DNA of 64,000 nucleotides, from the IMG/VR virus record IMGVR_UViG_3300025890_003315, positions 11,907-75,906 of that record; one strand, written 5' to 3'. Positions 56,465 to 64,000 of the stretch are shown piece after piece; within the stretch, counting starts at the first letter, position 1; each line of letters opens with the position of its first letter. The position numbers and the translations under genes were made by a program. This DNA is from a virus (lineage: Duplodnaviria; Caudoviricetes). A model generated the notes under the pieces. That model saw only the letters and a list, made by a program, of their open reading frames with translations, did no database searches and had not been told where the DNA came from.

Positions 56465-56974
56465 ATGAATCTTTGGAAAAATTTATCTTTAAAAATTCAC
56501 GAAGACTACTTTAGCGTAGTAGAAATTCCGAGAGGATCAAATGCTAAGTATGAATACAATCATCTTCTTGGAGTTTTCGAGCTTGACCGATGCTTGGTGA
56601 CAGCAATGAATTATCCAACCAATTATGGTTTTATGCCTCAAACCATTGCTCCAGATGGCGACCCGCTCGACTGTATGATTTTTACAGATGTCCCACTCAA
56701 CAGCGGCACAGTAGTTCGCGGTATTCCCCTTGCAGTTCTTAAAATGTTAGACAAAGGACAAAGGGATGACAAAATTCTTTTTATGCCAAAATTTAACACA
56801 AGATACTCTAATCATAAAGAAATTAAAAAAGAGTATTTGGATGTATACGAAGATTTTTTTAGAAATTATAAAAATTTAACTTCTGGCTCTATAGAAACCA
56901 TAGGTTGGGGAGACAAAAAAGAAGCGGAAGAAATAATTGCTGCTGCCAGCGAAAGTTTTAAGCGTGAAGGATAA
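56465..56974 (+). CDS. ppa: Inorganic pyrophosphatase (family I)
   Basis: VEIPRGS..KYEY, LDR, YP.NYGF.PQT...DGDPLD, D.G.RD.K, FF..YK. Confidence 0.93.
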   Translation: MNLWKNLSLKIHEDYFSVVEIPRGSNAKYEYNHLLGVFELDRCLVTAMNYPTNYGFMPQTIAPDGDPLDCMIFTDVPLNSGTVVRGIPLAVLKMLDKGQRDDKILFMPKFNTRYSNHKEIKKEYLDVYEDFFRNYKNLTSGSIETIGWGDKKEAEEIIAAASESFKREG

Positions 56975-56977
56975 AAT

Positions 56978-57574
56978 ATGGGAATGTTCGACAATGTGGC
57001 TTGTGCGTATCCGCTTCCAATGCCGGAAGACTTGGGTGAACTTACTCAAGAGCAAATACAAAACGCCAGTTATCAAACTAAAAATCTTGCAAACTGTCTT
57101 GATAGGTTCAGGATTGATAAAGATGGATTCTTGTGGCGCGAAAAAGTCGATGGATATCACGAAGAGGGCGACCCAAAAGCCAAATCTATGATGGGTAGAC
57201 TTGGGAGATTTGTAGAAACCAGCAGAAATTGGCGAAAAGAAATCATAACTTGTACTGTTGATTTTTACGAGTTTTTTACAGAACAGGAGTCTAATGATTA
57301 TTGGGTTGAGTATCAAGCCTGTTTTGTGGATGGTAAATTAAACCAAATTTCTCTTATTAAATTTGAAAAAGAAGATAATGCAGAAAGAAAAGCCAGAGCA
57401 GAAAAATGAAAAAAACAACTCAAAGATCGAAATGAGTTTTTAAACAAGTGGTGTATCAAATATTGCTATGCTCCTTGGAGATACATTGTAAGAATGGCGT
57501 TTAGAACTTACCGTAAAATTAAGCGTCATATCCCTTCTGACTGGCAAGTGGAGAATTTTTTATTACCTTGGTAA
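56978..57574 (+). pseudogene. Hypothetical protein (MGMFD family) whose frame continues past an in-frame TGA at 57407
   Basis: The annotated ORF ends at 57409, but the same frame stays open for 54 more sense codons (KKQLKDRNEFLNKWCIKY...LLPW*) to TAA at 57572-57574. Confidence 0.5.
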
Positions 57575-57575
57575 T

Positions 57576-57848
57576 ATGAGACCTTCACGCAAAGATAAAA
57601 AAACAGTTTTTTTAAAAAAAGTACTGAACGAACTTTTTAAGAGAGTTGGGTTTGATGGATACGACCAAAAACTTGTTGACAAATATCCAAACAACTGGTA
57701 TGTTCAGAGAGAGTGGACGGAAGAACAAGAAGAGTCCTACAAACAGTGGTTTGCAGAGCAACATCAAAAGGCTTTTAAATCAACAAAAGAGTATGCGCGA
57801 TCAGAAGCGGGTTGGTTTCTGTTTTCGTATGGATGGAAACTTAAATAA
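57576..57848 (+). CDS. Hypothetical protein
   Basis: 90 aa, Trp-rich, operon-packed. Confidence 0.7.
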   Translation: MRPSRKDKKTVFLKKVLNELFKRVGFDGYDQKLVDKYPNNWYVQREWTEEQEESYKQWFAEQHQKAFKSTKEYARSEAGWFLFSYGWKLK

Positions 57849-57861
57849 GGAAAATGGATAA

Positions 57862-58050
57862 ATGAATATGTTTAAATCAGAAAGAAAACAAAAAGCCCAA
57901 AACCTAGCTGATCGGTTGTATCAAATGGTGAGATTTTCTGATATGCGAGCGTATAATTCTTTGATATCTGACAAAGAAAGGGAGATCCATAAAGTTACAT
58001 CAGAGACGTTGATTTTTTGCGCTAAACTTATCGAAAAAGAAATTGTATGA
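57862..58050 (+). CDS. Hypothetical protein
   Basis: 62 aa, operon-packed. Confidence 0.6.
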   Translation: MNMFKSERKQKAQNLADRLYQMVRFSDMRAYNSLISDKEREIHKVTSETLIFCAKLIEKEIV

Positions 58051-58641
58051 AGCTCAACGAACAGTTTGACAAAAAGCCTAAACCCGCCAATAATAGTGAC
58101 ACGTTGGTTGGAATGATTTTGCAAAGCTATGACGATCAGATTTGATACCACATTAAATCAGTTTGAGTCTTACTGCTGGATTGCCGGTGGTGCAGTTTTG
58201 AGTCATTTGATGCAGACCCCGATAAAGGATCTGGACATCTTTTTTTCTACAGAATCAAACAGGCAAAATGCCGTTGATCGTTTGATCAGAAAAGGTGGCA
58301 TCCATGTCAAGAAATTAAGGCTTGGCGACTCAATTGAATTTGAAGATAAAGTTTATGACTTGCTTCACATGGGGGCAACGCCACAAGAAACTATTGAGTG
58401 TTTCGATTATACTGTTTGCAGTATTGCGGTAGACTTGCTTGGTAAAACATACAAGCACCCAGACTTTGACGAACATTTTGAAAACAGAAAACTCGTTTAT
58501 ACCGGTGGATATGATAGATGGTTTTCCGACATTTCAAAAACTGTCAACCTCAACGTACTGAAAGCAACAAGAATGGCTAGATACTTGAAAAAAGGATTTG
58601 ACATTGACAACGAAAACATAAAAAACATTTTTAAAACATGA
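58047..58641 (+). CDS. Pol-beta-family nucleotidyltransferase (CCA/poly(A) polymerase head-like), possibly frameshifted near 58141
   Basis: WIAGGAV......KDLDIF and FDYTVC. A 32-codon ORF (58047-58145) joins the 58129 frame if one T of ATTT at 58140-58143 is removed. Confidence 0.65.
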
Positions 58642-58805
58642 GCAATGCCTTTTTAAATTCAGAACGCCCATTTCACTCTTTGACGCAAAAAGAATTTGAC
58701 GAACTCAAAAAGAGTGGTATGCTCTGGGAGTTGTATCCAGAAGCACCTGAATATTGGAAAGAGATCGAAGAATATGAGAGAAATCAAATTCAGAGTTTGG
58801 GATAA
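58638..58805 (+). CDS. Small hypothetical protein (55 aa, not in ORF track)
   Basis: MSNAFLNSERPFHSLTQKEFDELKKSGMLWELYPEAPEYWKEIEE...; ATGA overlap. Confidence 0.6.
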   Translation: MSNAFLNSERPFHSLTQKEFDELKKSGMLWELYPEAPEYWKEIEEYERNQIQSLG

Positions 58806-59094
58806 TTTAAAGAAGTCTTTTCTTAAAGATAAAGGTGTTTTCATTCATACTGAAAAGCCTTTTGTCCAACACGATCAAGGTCATATTTTCCAACAGTTCA
58901 CTGGTCTAAAAGACAAGAACGGTATGGAGATTTATGAGGGTGATATTGTCAAAACTCCGAAAAGCCATATGTTTAGAAAAAATATACTTGTAGTTGAATA
59001 TCGCGAGAATAGATTCGTACCGGATGATATTCTCGATAAAGATGATGTTGAAGTAATTGGTAATATATTTGAAAAAAAAGAACTTCTTACTTAA
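58774..59094 (+). CDS. YopX-family protein
   Basis: MREIKFRVWD...QQFTGLKDKNG.EIYEGDIV...EVIGNIFE. Confidence 0.9.
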   Translation: MREIKFRVWDNLKKSFLKDKGVFIHTEKPFVQHDQGHIFQQFTGLKDKNGMEIYEGDIVKTPKSHMFRKNILVVEYRENRFVPDDILDKDDVEVIGNIFEKKELLT

Positions 59095-59272
59095 TGAAGA
59101 GTTCTACACATTAGAAGAAGAACTTTTAATAGCAAACCACGTCACAATTGAAATATGCGAATGCTGTGGTGATTATTATCCTATAATTAAATACTACTGC
59201 GACAAATATACAAATAACTTCATTGAAATAACATTAGAAGGATATTTTTATTGTGAGAAATGTTTAGGATGA
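59057..59272 (+). CDS. Hypothetical Zn-binding protein
   Basis: CECC ... CEKC; start uncertain. Confidence 0.5.
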   Translation: MVIYLKKKNFLLNEEFYTLEEELLIANHVTIEICECCGDYYPIIKYYCDKYTNNFIEITLEGYFYCEKCLG

Positions 59273-59288
59273 AGATTCATGTCTTTGA

Positions 59289-59294
59289 GTGTAA
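59289..59294 (+). promoter_or_regulatory. GTGTAA motif upstream of the DUF1501 operon
   Basis: 26 nt before ATG 59321. Confidence 0.5.
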
Positions 59295-59320
59295 TTTCTT
59301 ATGATAAGAAAGAGCAAAAC

Positions 59321-60718
59321 ATGAAACAATATTGCAATGAAAACGATATCAAACACTCAGATTTAATAATGACAAAAAGAGAGTTTTTGTCTAAATTTGG
59401 TATGGGTTTTGGTACTTTAGGGCTAACCGATATTCTTTCCTTGGATTTAAATGCTGCTTCAACGCAGTCTAATATCCATTATCCCGGTAAAAAAGCCAAA
59501 AGAGTAATTCAAATATTGTTTAGTGGAGGTCAGTCTCACATTGACACTTGGGACGACAAGCCAGAGTTGAGAAAAATTGACGGTCAACCAGTTCCCGGTA
59601 TGAATGGTTTGGCTAATGGTTCTCCATTCGAATTTAAAAATTATGGAAAATCTGGATTAAAAGTTAGCTCCGCTTTTGATAAAACGGCTAAATTTATCGA
59701 TGATGCACTCATAATCAACTCCTTAACTACAGACGTTCCTGCTCATGAAGTTGCTACAATCATGATGAACACTGGAAATCTTCGTTTGGTTCGCCCAAGC
59801 GTTGGTAGCTGGGTTGTTTATGGTCTTGGTAGCATGAACGAAAATTTACCAGCCTTTGTTAGCCTTCGCACTGGAGGCTTGCCTCTTGGCGGCACACAGA
59901 ACTTTGGTAGTGCTTTTTTACCGGGAATGTATCAAGCCACGCCAATCGATACTTCTCTCAGAAGTGTTGATCAAATGATCGCAAATATTAAAAATAAAAA
60001 TATATCTTCTGTTGAGCAAAGAAAACAACTTGACGCATTTATATTGATGAATGAAGTTCATAAGCAAAAGTTGATGAAAGATAAAGAGCTTGAAAGCAGA
60101 ATGAATAGTTTTGAGCTTGCATTCAAGATGCAAACAGAAGCTACTGACGCTTTTGATATCAACAAAGAAGATAAAAAAACTAGAGATTTGTATGGCAATA
60201 CTGCTCAAGGCAAGCAAATGCTAATTGCTCGCAGACTTGCTGAAAGAGGAGTTCGTTTCGTCCAAGTTTGGACTGGAGGCTGGGACAATCACAATGAAAT
60301 TAAAAGGTCTCTTGGTAATGCAGCTTCACAAGTTGATCAACCAATTGCGGCACTCATCCAAGACCTCAAGCAGAAAGGAATGCTTGAAGACACTCTTATT
60401 GTAATGACTGGAGAATTTGGTCGTACTCCAACAAGAGATGGGAACGGAGGTAGATATGGATACGGTCGCTCACATTGGAATAGAGCCATGAGTTGCGTTA
60501 TGGTTGGAGGTGGAGTCAAAGGTGGTACAGTTTATGGCAAAACTGATGAATTTGGCAAAGACGTAATTGAAAATAAAATGAATATTCACGATCTTCATTC
60601 AACAATTCTTTACGCCCTTGGCATGGATCACCGTAAGTTAGAATACGTTTATAATAATAGACCATTTAGACTAACAGACGTATCAGACTCTGAACCATTA
60701 AAGGAATTATTCATATGA
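59321..60718 (+). CDS. DUF1501-family protein (Tat-like signal; PVC-type, sulfatase-like fold)
   Basis: MTKREFLSKFG.GFG.LGL, KAKRVI..F.GG.SH.DTWD.KP, RPS.GSW..YGLGS.NENLP.FV, FGSAFLPG.YQ, ARRL.ERGVRFVQV..GGWD.H, GEFGRTP, G.T+DE.G, H.TIL..LG.DH..L.Y. Confidence 0.92.
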   Translation: MKQYCNENDIKHSDLIMTKREFLSKFGMGFGTLGLTDILSLDLNAASTQSNIHYPGKKAKRVIQILFSGGQSHIDTWDDKPELRKIDGQPVPGMNGLANGSPFEFKNYGKSGLKVSSAFDKTAKFIDDALIINSLTTDVPAHEVATIMMNTGNLRLVRPSVGSWVVYGLGSMNENLPAFVSLRTGGLPLGGTQNFGSAFLPGMYQATPIDTSLRSVDQMIANIKNKNISSVEQRKQLDAFILMNEVHKQKLMKDKELESRMNSFELAFKMQTEATDAFDINKEDKKTRDLYGNTAQGKQMLIARRLAERGVRFVQVWTGGWDNHNEIKRSLGNAASQVDQPIAALIQDLKQKGMLEDTLIVMTGEFGRTPTRDGNGGRYGYGRSHWNRAMSCVMVGGGVKGGTVYGKTDEFGKDVIENKMNIHDLHSTILYALGMDHRKLEYVYNNRPFRLTDVSDSEPLKELFI

Positions 60719-63519
60719 AAAAGATAATATGGTTTTTTATTTGTTTTTTTATATTTTTCATTTACGATTGCAACGCGCAAAATAGCCAAGATATAAAATT
60801 TTTTGAAACAAAGATCAGGCCCGTTTTAGTAGAAAAGTGCTATAAATGCCATAGTACTAAAAGCGAAAAAATAAAAGGTGGTTTAAAATTAGATACGAAG
60901 GACGGCACCTTAAAAGGTGGCAATACTGGTCCAGCCATTGTTCCAAAAGATTTGAATAAAAGCTTGCTTGTCAAATCAATTCGCTACACTGATGAAGATT
61001 TAAGTATGCCTCCAAAAGAAAAGCTTCCTGATAATATTATCAAAGACTTTGAGACTTGGGTTAAAATGGGAGCTTATGATCCAAGAACGTCCACTTCTAC
61101 AATTACAGCTTCTGAAGCTGCTGCTAAAAAACATTGGGCTTACGAACCGTTAGTAAAACCTTCGGTGCCAAATGCGAAAAGCAAATGGATAAATAATGAA
61201 ATAGACTCTTTTATCTTTTTAACAGCTAAATCTAAAAACGTCCTACCTTCCATTGAAGCTGATAGAAAAACTCTGCTTCGTCGCGTGTATTATACATTGA
61301 CGGGTTTGCCGCCAACCATAGAGGAAGTAAATGAATTTGTTAACGATGAATCTTCAAGTGCTTATGAGAAAGTTGTCAATCGTTTGCTTTCGACTCGCGC
61401 ATTTGGAGAGAAATGGGCTAGATATTGGTTTGATACCTCTCGTTATAGCGATACTACTGGATCTGTAAATAGAAATAGGGAAAATAGATACACGTACTCT
61501 TGGACTTACAGAAATTACGTGATTGACGCTTTTCAAAACGATAAACCATTTAATCAGTTCATCGTTGAACAAATTGCTGCCGACAAGATTCCCAATCTTC
61601 CCAAACAAAATCTAGCGGCTCTTGGGTTTCTTACTCTTGGAAAGAACTCTGGTAACGCTAACGACATTATTGATGATCGCATTGATGTTATCACCAAAGG
61701 GCTTATGGCTACTACTGTTGTTTGTGCAAGATGCCATGATCATAAGTTTGATCCCGTTTCAACCAAAGATTATTACGCTCTTCATGGAATTCTAAACAGT
61801 AGTTATGAGCCTACCGATAAAGATAAGCCGCTTCTGTTAACTATAACAGAAACTCCAGAGTATAAAAATTATTTCGCCAAAAAACTCGCTTTAGAGCAAA
61901 ATGTAGAAAACTTTAAAATAAAAAAATACGTTGAAGCATTTCAAGACTTTCAAACTAATACTTATAAGTGGATGTATAGCTCGTATGCTCTCCAAGATGT
62001 GACAAGTTCCAACAAGCAAGCTTACATCAGAACAAATACCCTTAATCCCCGCATGATGCAAAGATGGGATCAAGCTAGAAAATTTACTATCAATAAAAAG
62101 GTAAATAATAAAAATACTAAAATAAGTCATCCAGTTTTCCTCCCATACTCTAAAATGTATAATGTCAAGAAAGATTTTGGCGCAGAATATAAGAAGATGT
62201 TAGAAGCAAATAAGGACGACATCAACCCGTATCTTTATTCAAAAATTAAAACAAGCAGAGTACAGTCAATGTACGATTTGGCGGTTATTTATCAACAAGT
62301 AATTATTGAAGCTCAAAAGAGAAATTTTAAATTTCAAGGTAAAAAAGACAAAGCTCCAGAAGGGTTAATTGATTTTTGTAATGCTATTTACTCAAATAAT
62401 GGTCCGATGGATATGAACAAGGATAACTTCCAAAGATATTATAGCGACAATGGTAAAACAATGCGTTATGACAGGGAGGTAAGAAGAGAAATCGCCAAGC
62501 TTGTAACACACGAATTGACAGATCCTGCTACTCCTCCAAGAGCGATGGCTATGTATGACAAAAAAAGACCTTCAAATAGCAGTGTGATGATAAATGGAGA
62601 CCCAAGAAAAAGAGGGGCAGTTGTTCAAAGGCGATTTATAGAATTTTTTAATAATGTAAATTCAAACATATTTACCAATGGAAGCGGAAGACTTGAATTG
62701 GCTATGGCTATAGCAAATCCAAAAAACCCACTTACACCAAGAGTTGCAGTAAGCAGGATCTGGCAAAGAATTATGGGGAACAGCTTTGTTGCGACCCCAG
62801 ACGACTTTGGAATGAATACTCCTCGCCCTGTTCATAATAATTTAATAAACTGGATGGCGGCTGAATTTATTGAAAAAGGATGGTCACAAAAACATATTAT
62901 TAAAAAATTAGTAATGTCCGCTACTTACAGGCAGTCTAGTTTAATAAGTCCCAAATACTACAATATCGACCCAGATAACGAGTATTACCATAGAGCTAAT
63001 TTACAACGCTTAGATTTCGAAGGATTAAGAGATACAATTCTTTCGGTGTCTGGAATATTAGAAGAAGGAAAATTCAAGCAGCACATTGATCTTTTCGCAA
63101 AAGGCAATAATAGAAGAACTATTTATGGAACTATAGATAGAAGTAGATTTCCAGAGCTTTTGCTTACATTTGATTTTGCAACCCCAGAAATGACAACCGG
63201 CAAGCGATTTGAAACAACAGTTCCTAAACAGGCTTTGTACTTGATGAATTCTGATGATATGAAAAACTACTGCGAAGCAGTATTCAATGATTACAGAGTA
63301 GCCAGATCAATTGACTTTGAAACCCGTGTTACAACATTGTTTAACATATTTTACCAAAGAGATCCTAACAGTCAAGACATGATAATTGCCAAAAGGTTTT
63401 TTGAAGCAGAAGAAATTGATCCAACAAATATGTCTGAAAAAGAAGAAAAAGAGTTCAACAAATGGAAGCAATATATCCAACTTCTGTTTATGAGTAACGA
63501 GTTAATTTATGTAAATTGA
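60715..63519 (+). CDS. Planctomycete cytochrome c / DUF1549 / DUF1553 (PSD1) protein with two heme-binding motifs
   Basis: Sec signal; FFETKIRP.L..KCYKCH (60838-60852); HWAY.P; AD+.TL.RR.Y..LTGLPP; FGE.WARYW.D..RY.D; CARCHDHKFDP (61723-61737); GSGRLELA..I.NP.NPLT.RV.V.R.WQ; RL..E..RD..L.VSG; T.P.QALYLMN. Confidence 0.92.
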   Translation: MKKIIWFFICFFIFFIYDCNAQNSQDIKFFETKIRPVLVEKCYKCHSTKSEKIKGGLKLDTKDGTLKGGNTGPAIVPKDLNKSLLVKSIRYTDEDLSMPPKEKLPDNIIKDFETWVKMGAYDPRTSTSTITASEAAAKKHWAYEPLVKPSVPNAKSKWINNEIDSFIFLTAKSKNVLPSIEADRKTLLRRVYYTLTGLPPTIEEVNEFVNDESSSAYEKVVNRLLSTRAFGEKWARYWFDTSRYSDTTGSVNRNRENRYTYSWTYRNYVIDAFQNDKPFNQFIVEQIAADKIPNLPKQNLAALGFLTLGKNSGNANDIIDDRIDVITKGLMATTVVCARCHDHKFDPVSTKDYYALHGILNSSYEPTDKDKPLLLTITETPEYKNYFAKKLALEQNVENFKIKKYVEAFQDFQTNTYKWMYSSYALQDVTSSNKQAYIRTNTLNPRMMQRWDQARKFTINKKVNNKNTKISHPVFLPYSKMYNVKKDFGAEYKKMLEANKDDINPYLYSKIKTSRVQSMYDLAVIYQQVIIEAQKRNFKFQGKKDKAPEGLIDFCNAIYSNNGPMDMNKDNFQRYYSDNGKTMRYDREVRREIAKLVTHELTDPATPPRAMAMYDKKRPSNSSVMINGDPRKRGAVVQRRFIEFFNNVNSNIFTNGSGRLELAMAIANPKNPLTPRVAVSRIWQRIMGNSFVATPDDFGMNTPRPVHNNLINWMAAEFIEKGWSQKHIIKKLVMSATYRQSSLISPKYYNIDPDNEYYHRANLQRLDFEGLRDTILSVSGILEEGKFKQHIDLFAKGNNRRTIYGTIDRSRFPELLLTFDFATPEMTTGKRFETTVPKQALYLMNSDDMKNYCEAVFNDYRVARSIDFETRVTTLFNIFYQRDPNSQDMIIAKRFFEAEEIDPTNMSEKEEKEFNKWKQYIQLLFMSNELIYVN

Positions 63520-63522
63520 ATC

Positions 63523-63550
63523 TTGACCTTTTTCAAATTCCGTCTACCAT
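63523..63550 (+). promoter_or_regulatory. Sigma70-type promoter of the tRNA cluster
   Basis: TTGACC-16-TACCAT, 8 nt before tRNA-Ser. Confidence 0.7.
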
Positions 63551-63558
63551 ATAAGTAT

Positions 63559-63648
63559 GGTTGGATGGCTGAGTGGTCTAAAGCAACAGTTTGCTAAACT
63601 GTCGTACTTGAAAGAGTACCGGGGGTTCGAATCCCCCTCCAACCGCCA
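63559..63648 (+). tRNA. tRNA-Ser(GCT)
   Basis: Acceptor GGTTGGA/TCCAACC, anticodon arm ACAGT-TT-GCT-AA-ACTGT, long variable arm, GTTCGAATC, encoded CCA. Confidence 0.95.
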
Positions 63649-63649
63649 A

Positions 63650-63723
63650 GCATCGTTAGTTTAATGGTAAAATAGAAGTCTTCCAAACTTCAGTTGTGAG
63701 TTCGATTCTCACACGATGCCCCA
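63650..63723 (+). tRNA. tRNA-Gly(TCC)
   Basis: Acceptor GCATCGT/ACGATGC, GAAGT-CT-TCC-AA-ACTTC, TTCGATT T-loop, encoded CCA. Confidence 0.92.
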
Positions 63724-63767
63724 ATTTACAGAAAGTAACTCATAAAGAACGTAATAAAGATTTTTCA

Positions 63768-63845
63768 CCGCGCATCGCCTAGCTTGGTATGGCACCTGCT
63801 TTGGGAGCAGGAATAACGGGAGTTCGAATCTCTCTGCGCGGACCA
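63768..63845 (+). tRNA. tRNA-Pro(TGG)
   Basis: Acceptor CCGCGCA/TGCGCGG, CCTGC-TT-TGG-GA-GCAGG, TTCGAAT T-loop, encoded CCA. Confidence 0.92.
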
Positions 63846-63851
63846 TTTTTA

Positions 63852-63857
63852 GTGTAA
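63852..63857 (+). promoter_or_regulatory. GTGTAA motif upstream of tmRNA
   Basis: 12 nt before the tmRNA 5' end. Confidence 0.55.
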
Positions 63858-63869
63858 ATAAAGTTTTAT

Positions 63870-64000
63870 GGGGGCGTACTGGTTTCGACAGTATTGCTGA
63901 CGAATGAAGAAGCACGTATGAGTTGGTCGAATGGTCTCATTAAAAATCGACTAAAAAAACTAAATGGCGAAGATAACATTGCCGGTCTTCTTGACGAAGC
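63870..64000 (+). ncRNA. ssrA: tmRNA (5' portion; truncated by the window end)
   Basis: GGGGGCGTACTGGTTTCGAC 5' signature. Pseudoknot 1: ATGAG 63918-22 / CTCAT 63936-40 and GGTCGA 63925-30 / TCGACT 63947-52. TAAAT then the resume codon at 63966, giving GEDNIAGLLDEA... Confidence 0.88.

Noticed and set aside
56978-57574. Genome-wide TGA recoding or selenocysteine
   Set aside because: Many genes end in TGA within ATGA overlaps, Trp is TGG throughout, and no SECIS-like hairpin or redox motif is evident.
1099-62130. Numerous 60-150 aa ORFs antisense to or overlapping long genes in the ORF track
   Set aside because: Shadow ORFs with no recognisable motifs, overlapping well-supported genes.
63709-63915. 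68-aa minus-strand ORF
   Set aside because: It is the antisense shadow of tRNA-Pro and the tmRNA 5' end.

Overview
A 64 kb segment of a large, AT-rich, lytic-type tailed dsDNA phage genome in standard genetic code 11. No integrase, capsid, terminase or CRISPR array is in the window. The host is probably a PVC-superphylum bacterium (Verrucomicrobia or Planctomycetes), inferred from a DUF1501 plus planctomycete cytochrome c/PSD1 gene pair. Layout: (1) 1-14.7 kb, a lambda-like siphovirus tail module, with a very long tape measure gene on + converging on a minus-strand M-L-K-I-J tail-tip operon. (2) 14.7-21.5 kb, mixed genes: an outer-membrane beta-barrel, an HNH nuclease, three paralogous putative virion proteins, dUTPase, and Hsp20 with a sigma54-type promoter. 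(3) A 13-bp tandem repeat plus AT-rich tract at the strand switch (about 21.5 kb), a candidate origin. (4) 21.6-59.3 kb, all on +: dNMP kinase, a sigma factor, class II RNR, a 12 kb glycan-biosynthesis block containing an apparent branched-chain (yersiniose/erwiniose-type) sugar pathway (E1/RfbH, 4,6-dehydratase, ThDP enzyme, MhpF, MhpE, SDR), then RecA, DnaB, DnaG, a Cas4-like nuclease, a split DnaE (PHP | DnaQ | core), SSB-like proteins, more glycosyltransferases and nucleotide-metabolism genes. (5) 59.3-64 kb, DUF1501, a di-heme PSD1 cytochrome, three tRNAs and the 5' part of a tmRNA. A recurrent intergenic GTGTAA motif and leaderless sigma70-type promoters are visible. All family calls come from motif recognition by eye; no database searches were run.
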